NCBI GenBank assembly: GCA_977862235.1
Contig: OZ374564.1
Location: forward strand, 2,232,001 to 2,296,000
Source of the DNA: Dudresnaya verticillata
Lineage: Eukaryota
DNA: 64,000 bases
Direction: 5' to 3'
Part shown: piece by piece, positions 36,875-47,716 of the stretch
How positions within the stretch are numbered: the first letter of the stretch is position 1
How the letters are laid out: each line of letters begins with the position of its first letter
Translations under genes and position numbers: made by a program
Notes under the pieces: model-generated
The model's input: the letters and a program-made list of their open reading frames with translations, nothing else
The model's database searches: none
Told to the model about the DNA's origin: nothing

Positions 36875-39850
36875 ATGGCGCCACGTCCTCGGGCGCCCAC
36901 CGTAGCGGATCACTATCGCTGCCCCACCCACGAACACACAGACACCCGATACGGAAGTGTTCTCATCAACCCCTTCCCCTTTTTGCGCGCTTCTCCCACC
37001 ATGTCAGGGGAGAAGACCAAGCGCTCTCCGTCGCCCTTTCAACCGACACGGCGTTCCCGCGCTGCTTCCACTACGCGGGCGCAGGGCGCGCAAACCGTTA
37101 CGGATGCTTCGACGCAAGCGCCGGCTTCTTCCTCGGCGGCAGCGACGCGACCCGCGACGGGCGGTCGTACGAGCATTACCGTGACGGAACCTTCACCGGC
37201 TCCATCAGCGAGCCGAGGGTGGTCGGTCTATGATCCGAATCGGTTTGCTGCGAGCGCTGCCACAAGGCCCTTGCTACCAGGGAGTGCAGCGACTCACCGT
37301 GACGGAGAGGCGCCAACCAAGGAGCGCGATGATGCGTTCCGTCGTGGTGGCGAGGGGCTCAACTTGGCAGACCTACCGGCCATTCTGTTACGGACACCAT
37401 CGACACCGGTATCGACGCCGAGTCGTAGGATGGTTTCCAGTCCACATCCTTCCTCAAGTACACCGAGACGGATGCGTGGGCCCCCGCAAAGCAACCCACC
37501 TGCTCCGGGGCCTTGGTGGCCGGTAGTGCATACCCGTGACGGAGAGGGCCCTGCCCCGAGTGGTTATTGGCCGGGGCACCACTTTGACCATCGCGCGGGG
37601 CGCCCGGCTAGAACCGATGCGGAAAGGGCCAAGATTAAGCCCCCGATGACGGTGGACCTCTTCATTGAGAAGTATCCAACCGTCTTGGAAGCAAGAAGGT
37701 ACAAGGCCGTCATGGCACAACCCTTCAAGGCGAATCAACGCATTGGCGTTGTTCCGAATCGGAGAGAATTTGTGTGGCAAAGCCGATGGGTGCATGGCTA
37801 TTGTCAATCGAGGACCTCTACCGTTTCGGATTTGTTGTGGTATCGCTGCCATGGGGAGGTAGGATATACCGCAAAGGTGAGTCACCTGTTTGCCACAGGT
37901 TTCCGTCTCCGGGGTGCGCCGGTCGGAGTGCAATTCATTTGCTTCGACCGCCCCTATGACCAATCGGTATATTGGTTCCGCTATGCCGATGGGTGGAAGG
38001 ACGATGCCGCGACGGAACACCGTTTGAGAGCTCGTTCCCGTGACGGAATACAAGTTGGCTCGCCAATCCTGCATACGTGGAACACTAAGGAGTTCTTCTA
38101 TCTTCCGTATCGGGTGCGTCGTGTATTGTACCTTACAGCTCCGTCATGGTGGGCGCGTTATGAGGTGACCCGTTGGTTGTCGGTCCCCATGCCGTCGGTC
38201 GTAGCGTACTTCTCGGCGGACTTACTCACCGAACGGGAGTGTAATCACAAGCATCCGAACGGAGAACGTCCCCCGAATCAAGATCAGCTCGATGTACTGT
38301 GGCGCATCTTCCGATCGGAATGGGCCATGCTGGTGCTCTTCTCGTGGCTCCAGGTGGACTATTACGGAGTACGGTATAACACCAAGTTAGCTGACTGGCG
38401 ATGCTTCCCACGGGATGAGGATGGCCTGCCCGGAGGAGACTGTGGCCGTATTTTTCAACTTCCCGTAACGGTGATCGCCCTGATTCGCGAAGTCGGCGTA
38501 GCCGATTTAGTGACGGGGTCGGCATACCCTCTCCATCGGGTTGAGCGTCTTTTATCCGTACACGGAGAGCAAGATTGGCAACGCACTCCGGGCTTCTTGG
38601 GGTATAATTGGGACGAGGACCGTGTCCTATCGGTGCCCCCGCTGAGGCCCGGAGTGGGTGAGCCATATTTCCTTCATCGAGAAGATCCGCGTCCGGAATG
38701 GTTGGCCTTAGAGGTGCAGGCCCATCGGGACTATGCCTCTCGCCAAGCACCAAGGGATGCGTACCGTGACGGTTTGGATGGGGCTGAAGATTGGGGGAGC
38801 TGTCAGGAGGCAGCGGGGCGTACGCGTACAATCGACCCACGCGATTCCGTTACGATGAGGCAGCAAGAAGCTGACCCCTTCTTGGAAGAACAGGAGGAGG
38901 TCACGCCCGTTGCCTCAATGGTAGCGGGTAGCGAGAAGACACCCGCTCCAATTCTTCCGGTGGTCGCGACACCCACATCGCGCGATGTGGATCGTGAGAC
39001 TACTACTCCCGTATCGGATAAGGCCCCAACGCCCATGGGTGTGGCTGCGCCGACTATGGCGGTGCCCAAGTCTGCGGCACCATCCGAGAAGGGGTCTTCA
39101 AAGGAGCAGACCGTTTCGGAAGTGGCGCCGGATACTGTGCCGGCGGCACTGTCTCCTGCGACGCAAATGCCTGCCGCCGTGGAACCGCTCCCGCCAAGTG
39201 CTCCGCTGTTGGCGCCCACTCCCACACCAGCGGGGAATGCGGCGTCGATCACCGTATCGGAAGTGGCTGCAAAGCGCCCAAGTGTTGGGGCAACTGGAGA
39301 CAAGCCCTCGGTTCTCGCACCAAATCCTGAACCGTTACGGAAAAGCGATATTGCCTCGCCAGAGAAGGACACGGATCCACCGCTGCGGAAGGACGTACCT
39401 TTACCTGAGTCGGGACCGTCCGTATTGGTAGTTTCCTCAACGGAGCATTCACTTGAAGCCGGGGTTAGGGATCAGCCGTCGATCTCCCCGAAGGTAGAGT
39501 TGCAAGAAGATGAGGATCCCCCCGTTACGGTTCCGGCTCATTTAGCCGCTATGGAAAGTGGGTTGCAGGTGCTACGGGGCATTTGCCGTACGCAGCGCTT
39601 CCCATTGCCAGGATCCGTTCAGGAAGTGTTAACCTTAACGGAGGGGCTGATGGAACAGGTAATTCATCTCCGCGCGGTGGTCCGTCGTCAGCGTCGGCGC
39701 ATGGACAGTGCGGTTCGCGTCTTGGGAGACACTACGCAGCGCGTATTCCAATCGGATCCGAGTGGGGAACCCGGCTTACGAACGGGTCAGGGGAGCAACG
39801 AGGAGGATACAGTTGCCCCTGCTCCGAAACGGCGTCGACGTAACTCTTAG
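36875..39850 (+). CDS. Antisense accessory ORF of element C (991 aa), function unknown
   Basis: Uninterrupted 3-kb ORF between pol and the 3' LTR; central domain clearly homologous to the antisense ORF of B. Confidence 0.85.
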   Translation: MAPRPRAPTVADHYRCPTHEHTDTRYGSVLINPFPFLRASPTMSGEKTKRSPSPFQPTRRSRAASTTRAQGAQTVTDASTQAPASSSAAATRPATGGRTSITVTEPSPAPSASRGWSVYDPNRFAASAATRPLLPGSAATHRDGEAPTKERDDAFRRGGEGLNLADLPAILLRTPSTPVSTPSRRMVSSPHPSSSTPRRMRGPPQSNPPAPGPWWPVVHTRDGEGPAPSGYWPGHHFDHRAGRPARTDAERAKIKPPMTVDLFIEKYPTVLEARRYKAVMAQPFKANQRIGVVPNRREFVWQSRWVHGYCQSRTSTVSDLLWYRCHGEVGYTAKVSHLFATGFRLRGAPVGVQFICFDRPYDQSVYWFRYADGWKDDAATEHRLRARSRDGIQVGSPILHTWNTKEFFYLPYRVRRVLYLTAPSWWARYEVTRWLSVPMPSVVAYFSADLLTERECNHKHPNGERPPNQDQLDVLWRIFRSEWAMLVLFSWLQVDYYGVRYNTKLADWRCFPRDEDGLPGGDCGRIFQLPVTVIALIREVGVADLVTGSAYPLHRVERLLSVHGEQDWQRTPGFLGYNWDEDRVLSVPPLRPGVGEPYFLHREDPRPEWLALEVQAHRDYASRQAPRDAYRDGLDGAEDWGSCQEAAGRTRTIDPRDSVTMRQQEADPFLEEQEEVTPVASMVAGSEKTPAPILPVVATPTSRDVDRETTTPVSDKAPTPMGVAAPTMAVPKSAAPSEKGSSKEQTVSEVAPDTVPAALSPATQMPAAVEPLPPSAPLLAPTPTPAGNAASITVSEVAAKRPSVGATGDKPSVLAPNPEPLRKSDIASPEKDTDPPLRKDVPLPESGPSVLVVSSTEHSLEAGVRDQPSISPKVELQEDEDPPVTVPAHLAAMESGLQVLRGICRTQRFPLPGSVQEVLTLTEGLMEQVIHLRAVVRRQRRRMDSAVRVLGDTTQRVFQSDPSGEPGLRTGQGSNEEDTVAPAPKRRRRNS

Positions 39851-39950
39851 AGTTACAGCTCGACGATCTCCTTAACAGTTTCCATTATGCCTCGATCTTA
39901 GCTTGCGATAAACGTTGTGTGTTCTCACACCCCAGTATTCCAACTGTCCG

Positions 39951-42900
39951 TTACGGTGAGTGACGTGTTGGATTAGCACGTCGCCGTGGCTTACCCTTAG
40001 CGGATGTCTTTTTCTTTTGCTTCCAATATCGGTAGATGAAATTCTGTGGTAACTCCTCCGCGGGCTCAAAAGTGTCCTGATCCGGAGGGTAACCATACCA
40101 GCGGACTTTGTATGTCATCCCAGTAGGTTCGTCGCGGTGACCGACAATCTTGTCGATCACATATTCCGTATCGGCTTGCAGTGGTTCCATCGCGGGGGGC
40201 GTAGTACCTTCAGATGGAGGTACTACTGTAGTACCTTCTGGATGTGGCACTACTTCTCCGTAGACGGTTGATGGCGTGACAGGCGGCACTGTTAAGGGTA
40301 CCGGCTGAACCGCGACTCCGATCGGAACCTTAGTGATGCGATCGATACTTACGGGGATCAATACCCCTTCCTTGCGGATTGTAGCGACATGTTCCGTTGC
40401 GGATTACACGTCATAAGGCCCCGTGGCTCTCGGAAGGAGTTTCTTCATTTCCTGAGCCACTTCGCCCACATCGCCCGGTTTGCCTTCCAATCGGTCCCGC
40501 TCACGGCGCTCGGCCGGCCGCAAGTTATGGGGCGGCCGGTCGACATAGACTTGATCTCCGCTTCGGATTATGGGCCTAAAGCGCACCTTACGGTCAAACA
40601 GTGCCTTGGCTTTTTGCTGAGCCACTGTCTGCTTCGTGCGCGCTGTCTGGAGCGCGTACCGTAAACGGCGCATGGTGCTCCGCTTCTGTAGCACCGGGGT
40701 CATACGCCCTTCCGTAACGGTTTCTTGATGCTCGACAGGAGCCCCTCGTACAACAATATCCGATGGGTGGCGTGTCAGCACCAAATCAAATGGCGTTGTT
40801 TCCGTAATACGGTGTACCTGCATGTTGTACGCATATGTCAACGGTTGCAGGTACAAATCCCAATCGGAGTGATGATCCTCGACGTAATGGCGCAAACGTT
40901 GGGCGATTGTCTTATTAAATCGCTCAGCTTGCCCATTTGTCTGCGGATGATAGGCAGCGGTGAGCAGGTGCCTGACTCCGAGTAAGGAACACACCGCGTC
41001 GAAGAACTTAGCAGTAAACTGCGGTCCGTTATCGGTTAGGACAAATTGGGGTGCGCCGTAGGCGTACACCCAAAAGTCCAGAAAGGCGTTAGCCACCACA
41101 ACGGCTGTTGTTGTCCGTAACGGGATACAGCGCGTTAGCTTAGAGAACCGATCGGTTATTACCAGAACGTATACATAACCCCGTTTGGTCTTCGGAAGTG
41201 GCCCGAGAATGTCGATAGCGACAAACGCCAAAGGTCCGCTAGCGGGGAAAAGTTTCATAAACCTTTGATTCCGAAAGCGGGTTCCCTTTGTCTTCACGCA
41301 GGAGCGACATGTCCGAACGGATTCAAATACATCGTTGGCCATATGAGGCCAATAATAATCCTGTCGGAGTGTGTAATACATCTTAATTCCACCTGGGTGA
41401 CCCGACATCAGGGTATAGTGGGAGAAATATAATACCCGTCCACGGAGTTCGCTTGGCACCACCTTCTGTAGAGCGCCATCCAATTGGGACTTGCGTACCA
41501 AGAATCCGTTACGGTCATTGTCTAACTGTGATCCAGGGGAGCCTACCGTATCGGCTTTGAGACGACAGAAAGGGTCTCTGGCTTGCGCTTCGAGGAACTC
41601 CTCCCTGGCAATTGTCTCATCCTTAACTTCGGATTCTTGGATTACAGTAAACCGTGACGGTATTGCGTCAGGCTTGTCAGGGGAGGCGGATGCGCTCCCA
41701 CTGGAGTGCTCCACGGCGCATATTACGTTATTTTCCGTAGCGGTTTCTCGCGATGTGTCCCAATCGGTTAAATAGACGCCATGCTCATATAATCCGTTGA
41801 CGGTATTTTCGGCGATAAAGCAGGGTATCTCTTCATGCAAAGGTCTATCGTCACAGCCATCCGTTCGGAGTCGCGACATCCCATCGGCAAGTTGATGCTT
41901 AATTCCAGGACGGTATTGCACCTCAAATTCAAATTCCGATAGGCGGAACCTCCACCTGGCAAGGCGGCCAGATGAGTCTGCGAGGTTCAGGATCCACCGC
42001 AGGGCATCGTGATCCGTTCGGAGAATAAACTTGTCACCGTAAAGGTAGGGTCGGAGTGTTAACATGCTCCAGACCACGGCTAGGCATTCCTTTTCGGTTG
42101 TCGTATAATTTTTCTCCGCATCGGTGAGGCTTCGGCTCCAGTATCCAATAGGGAGGTGATCGCCATTCGGTTGCTCCTGCAGAAGGACACAGCCGACTTG
42201 ATGGTCACATGCGTCAGTGTCCAACGTATATTTATATCCGTGATGGGAGAGCCAATATAGGTGGAGAGATAAGGCGTCTCTTCAGTTCCTCGAAGGCTTC
42301 ATATTCCGTATCGGATAATATTCCAAACTCAAAGGGTGAACCCTTGCCGGTTTTCTTATTTAGCGGAGCTGAAATCCGAACGAAGTTGGGTACAAAGCGA
42401 CGATACACGTTGCACATTCCCAAGAAGGATCGCAATTCCGTTTGGTTTGTCGGCGGCTTCGCGACCTTGACGGATTGGATATTTCTATTATCCACTTCTA
42501 ATTTTCCGGGACGGATAACATGCCCCAGGTATTGTACAGACGCGTTGAAGAAGTCACACTTTGACAATTTCAACGTTACCCCAGCGGATCGTAAAAGCGT
42601 AAGGACTTCCTTCAGGTGGTGGAAATGTTCCGTAACGGTTTTTGAGTAGACAATTACATCGTCTAGGTAGACGAGGGCAAATTGCCATTTAACCGTAGAA
42701 AGGATTATATCCACTGCCCGTTAGAAGGTTGCCGGTGCATTTTTCAATCCGAATGGCATTCTCCGAAAACGGTATAAGCCAAAATGGCTAGTGAAGGTAG
42801 TTTTGTCCCTTTCCTCTTCCGGAATCTCGACTTGCCAATATCCGCTATTGCAATCCAGGGTGGTAAATACAGTAGCTTCCCCAAGGGAATCTATGATCTC

Positions 42901-44221
42901 ATCCATCCTGGGCAAGGGATATGAGTCCCTAACCATTACGGCATTGAGCCTTCTATAGTCAACACAGAACCGCATGGTGCCGTCCTTTTTTGGAACGAAA
43001 ACCACGGGGCTGGCCCACTCCGATGAGGCTGGTTCAATTACCTTAGCGGAAAGCATGCGATCGATTTCTGTCTTTTCGAGATCTCGCTGCTTATGTCCGG
43101 CACGGTATGGGGCTTGATATACTGGCTTAGCTCCAGGAGTTAACTCGATGCGGTGCTTGGCAGCTGTAATGTTGCCAAGATCGCCACTCCACATCGACTT
43201 ATATTCCTCGAGTAGGGTTAAAATCCGTTTGCGGAGCGATGCTTCTTCTGTGCCGATCTGGACTTGATCCTTCCAGTCGGTAGTATTTGTATTTTCCGTT
43301 ACGGGTTTACTTACTTCCTTGTCGTGAGGGGAGATGCTGCTGGCCTTTTCGGAGGTAGGGTTAGAATTAAATGATTGAATAATTCCTCCCCCCTCCTTAA
43401 ATGGAGGTATACCGTCAACGGTAAAAATAGCAGAGGGGGCAGCAGTAGCGAAGCCCACGACAGTAGATTTGGGCAACCGTACCGGCTTGTTAGAAACATT
43501 AGAGACCCAGATCCGAAACGGTTTGTCAGGTACAACATCCATAATACCATTAGCCATTAACGTAAGGTGCTTAAAAGTCGGCTTAGGATGATTTTGTAGA
43601 AAGCATAACCCACCCGTGGGGTATTAACCGTTACGGTGGTTTGAGTCATAGGGGGAATAAGGGTAGATTTTCCTAACGAATTTTCTGAGAAACCGTAGCG
43701 GTAGAAAGAGGTGAGGGCTGTAGGGTTGCAGTGGTTCCCGTCTTTGGAATTTTGGCTTGACCAACAAGGGATACCGGTGGGGAATGATGAAAAACAACTT
43801 TCCGTAACGGAGGGAGGATTGCCTTCACGTAGCGGTCGATGAAGGTAGTTCCCAAAATACAGGGAGCCGCCAAGTTCGCGACCACTAGAAAATGGACGCG
43901 AGCGCGGAGCTCTCCGACACGGACGAAAAGTTGGATCTGACCAAGAGGGCGTATAGCGCGATTAGACGCATCCCGTAATGGAGGACTGGCTGCTGGGCGT
44001 ATGAGTGGGAGACATTGGCGCGGAAGGCGCCTGGCACTAATGAGATTGGGCCCAGCGCCAGAGTCCAAGACGGAGATTAAAGGAAGCATCACGTTATCTG
44101 TCCGTCCCACGGTAATTTGCATCTTGTAATTTTGATGTTGCATAAAGAAGATAGTATCATTGGTCTGATAAGCTAATGGGAGTTCCGTAACGGTATCTCG
44201 CCGATCCCCTGGCGGGTCCAC
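39951..44221 (-). pseudogene. pol: pol of element C (PR-RT-RH-INT-chromodomain), disrupted
   Basis: LDSGA, LDCNSGYWQ, YLDD, DTDAC, TDNGPQF, YKVRWYGYPPDQDTFEP; several stops and frameshifts. Confidence 0.95.
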
Positions 44222-44265
44222 ACTCGCGAGAGGTGGAACGCCGTGAGGCGGGGATGGCGGTGCCC

Positions 44266-46746
44266 TTACGCATCCCCCCTTGAGTTTTCCGAATTCAAGG
44301 TTGCACCAGTCGGATCCGCCTCCATGGGCTCGCGCAATTCTGCGAGTTCCACTCCGTCATGGTCCTCCACCGATAGTATCGGGGCATTCCGTTGCGGAGG
44401 GGGCGTTTGCGGTGTGCCCCTATTCCCTTGCGGATTCAAACTGGTTCCTACTACGAACCTGCGACCTACAGGGTAGTGCTTCTGGAAGTTGCGCTCGCGC
44501 TCTTCCATAAGCCTAACCCGATCGGATTCATGTATCCAGGGACAAACAACGTGCTCTGGAGAAAGGCAGATGCGACAGTTACCACTTCCGTAAAGGCGTC
44601 GGACCCGAGGATCCGACTCATCCCGTAGCGGAGGTGCTGGTTGCTGCTGTTCTCGCCCATCGTGAGCATTATTTCCGTAACGGTGACTCGGCTGCTGTTG
44701 GGGGCCAGGAGCCGGGCGAGATCCACCATAGGGGGGACCTTGCGCGCGTGGCATCCTGGGCGGAGTAGGGTGGACGCTTTGCGGGGGTGAGTAGTACGGG
44801 GTAGAAAAGGTAACCCGCGTGCTCGTTCCCGTAGCGGCACCGTGGGCTCCCTCGACAGCTAAGACTTGAGCATCCGTAACGGAAGGATCTGCTTGCGGAT
44901 CATAGTGTACATCCGAGACGGAATCCAGCGATAACACCTTAGACGGGCGCGCTTTAGTGCGCCCATCAAAGACGTGAGCCGGAACGGTTTGGCGTCGAGC
45001 TGCCCGATGGGACTGACCCAGGCCAGTCGCATAGCGAGTGATGGCCTGATAATCCAACTGGGAATGCGTCGCTAGATAATTTCTCATCTGTTGACGAGTA
45101 CCCGGTAGGAGTCCTTCAACGAACAGTGACTTCAATGCCCGATCGGAAAATACTGTACCGCAACGGAGAGCCTTGGCCCAGAGCTGGTTCGAGAACTGCT
45201 CTTCCGTCAGGGCGGATGTTTGCCTGAAGTTGCTGACATACGTATAGGCTTCAGTAATCACTTCATCCGTAGCGTAGGTTCTCAATAAAAAGTTCACCAC
45301 CTCGGAATATGTGCGGAGCATCTCGGCCTGCTCCACATCAACCGCCATCGTACCTCCAGCAAGCCTAGCCTGTAGAAGGGCTTCGGCCTGTCCTTTAAGG
45401 AAAAACTGGAAGCACCAGACGGCAACCCCTTCGGCGATGCCGTTGATGTTACAGCCGTCACGGAACTTGGCGAGAAATCCCAAGACGGTATTCGAGTCCG
45501 TCCCATCGAATGTATGGGACGACATCTGGACGTCGAGTTTCTTCCGTATACGGCTCATGTTCTATGAGAACTTAGAGCCGTATGTCTTACTCCTCTTATC
45601 CAATCGGTAGGTGCGGTAGTCCAGCGCCTTGACAAACTTGTCATGTAGCGGCCGGATTACCTTCACCTTTCCGGATTTGGCACCGTGTTTTCTGGCCCGG
45701 TCCCTATTCTCTCTATCCGTTACGGAAGAACTCTCTGAGTCTGAATCCGTAGAGGTAGAGGATTCATGCCTTTTTTCGCGTTTCCGCGATCTTCTGTTTC
45801 TCCTCTTGCGGCAGCGGTGTTGGCTATCCTCTGAGCTGCTCTCATTGGATTCCATACCGGATTGGTGGCGTCGTCGCTGGGTGTGGTCGCCCATGTGCGA
45901 CCGACGGGGAGGGTCAGAGCGGGAGTGTCGGGCATCTCGTTTATGCCGACCTCGACCGGTCCTCCGACTCGGATGGGGTGAGCTGGACGCATCGCTGAGA
46001 TGGTCGCTGCCTCCACCTGATCGAACCGGAACGGTACAGCGCTCTTGCTGATAGCGCCCTGGCGTAGGCACATCTACGTGTCCAGGAGAATACCGTAACG
46101 GTGGCTGAGTGTGTGTTGGTCCCGTAGGGGCGTGTTAATGTTGAGAATCCGTTACGGGAGCCGGTGGCAGTGGCCCAGAGGGTACTGTGCCCGGCGGCAA
46201 TCCCATAACGGGGGGTTGTTGCGGCTGCTGCGTTCTTCCCTCGACCGGGAATCCATTCCGTAACGGTGGTTGCTCAGTAAAAGCTTCCATAGCGGGAGGC
46301 CTTGCCATGCCGGGAGCAATCTGGCTCTCGAGCTCGGCGGCCACCTTTTCCTGTAGGATCAAAGCTTGCACTATCCGAGGAAGGTGCTGCTCCAGATAGG
46401 AATTAACCAAAGACGGAACAGTTTCCGAGAGGGATATCTCCACCTCTTTTACCATTCCAGGTTGTACTTCCAATCGGAGATGCTCTAAAACCCTAGGAAG
46501 GATCTCCGACAGGACCCAGTGGACCCGATGGGATTCCGGCTTGGGTTGCGGATCTGCCTTCTTCGAGGCGTCTCATCCGACACGGGAACAGGGAGCTTTA
46601 CCAGCAGCACCCTTTAGGATGTCTTCTGGGTTCTCCACTCCGGAACGGATTTCACCTCCTTCACTGCGCAAACTGCGCGCAGCGGGGGTAGTGTCACCCG
46701 CTTTAGGTTCCGTAACGGGAGGGTCTGCGTGTTCTTCGTTCTGCAT
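44266..46746 (-). pseudogene. gag: gag of element C, disrupted
   Basis: Colinear with gag of B (FVKALDYRTYRL, WCFQFFL); internal stops at 46135 and 45562. Confidence 0.85.
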
Positions 46747-47716
46747 GATACCTTAACGGAACACAACGGTTGTTCTTGCTTGTCTATCCAATATTCCGTA
46801 ACGGGTTGTCGGTACAGCCGAATTCCTACCGTAGCGGATTTTGACGGCTGTTTCTTCCAACCGTAACGGTGTTCTAGGTCGGGAGACCAAAAGATGTGGT
46901 GTAGTGAAAACCCACGAACTCCGAGACGGACAGCTGGCCTGACTTTCCTTAACGGACGAGACCAACACTACCTCCACGGGGTGGTAGAGCAGTTCGCACC
47001 GAGACGGGAGAACAGCGAGCGGCTAACCGAGACGGATATTGGGAAGCAACAGACAAGGGGGTGGTACAAGTGCCGGGACGGACTCCGTAACGTGGTGGTG
47101 GTAGACCGCAACGGGCTCGGCGCGGGGAAAACCGTAAAGGATTGGGCTAATGTTGCTTACCCGTTTACCTTAGGAGCCGCTGCGGTGCCGCCCTGATATG
47201 CAAGTCAGGGTGGCACCGAGTGGTCCGGTCCATGGGGGCCAGACCCTAGTGGTCTGGACCCATGGTGGAATCGGCCCTGCTGGTCCCAATCTCCGACACG
47301 GACATGCGCAGCATTGTCATTGGCTGGCGCACTACTCTACGTACTGTACAGATACTCACTAAAAATAAAGAATAAACACTACAAATACTCCGATATGGTT
47401 GGTGCGCTTCACTGCTGTACAGCAATGCGTACCGGCGTACAGCAATGCGCACAACATCCGACACGGTTACACGTTGCCAGATCATCAGCGTGGCGTATTG
47501 CCACATCACCCGTTACGGTTGGCTCGCCGTCGGTGGGCCGCATGCGCGCCACGGCTCACTTCACCACAACCTAGAAGGCCGTCAAGGTAGAAGAATCTCC
47601 GTTGGACTCCGCTTCGGTAGGAGGTCAGCTTCGTGACAACTCCGTATTGGTGTAAAGGAAGGACAAGGCAAAACACTCGTTGACTCCGTTTTGGTAACCT
47701 ACGAATAGAAGAACAC

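Larger units (their letters stand above)
36515..47568 (-). mobile_element. Ty3/Gypsy chromodomain element C, relative of B, inserted in opposite orientation
   Basis: 5' LTR 47568-46895, PBS 46889-46872, PPT about 36872-36862, truncated 3' LTR 36859-36515. Confidence 0.9.

Noticed and set aside
36801..47518. CRISPR-like or tandem-array reading of the recurring 9-mer
   Set aside because: Too short, irregularly spaced, embedded in coding sequence, no cas genes, eukaryotic context
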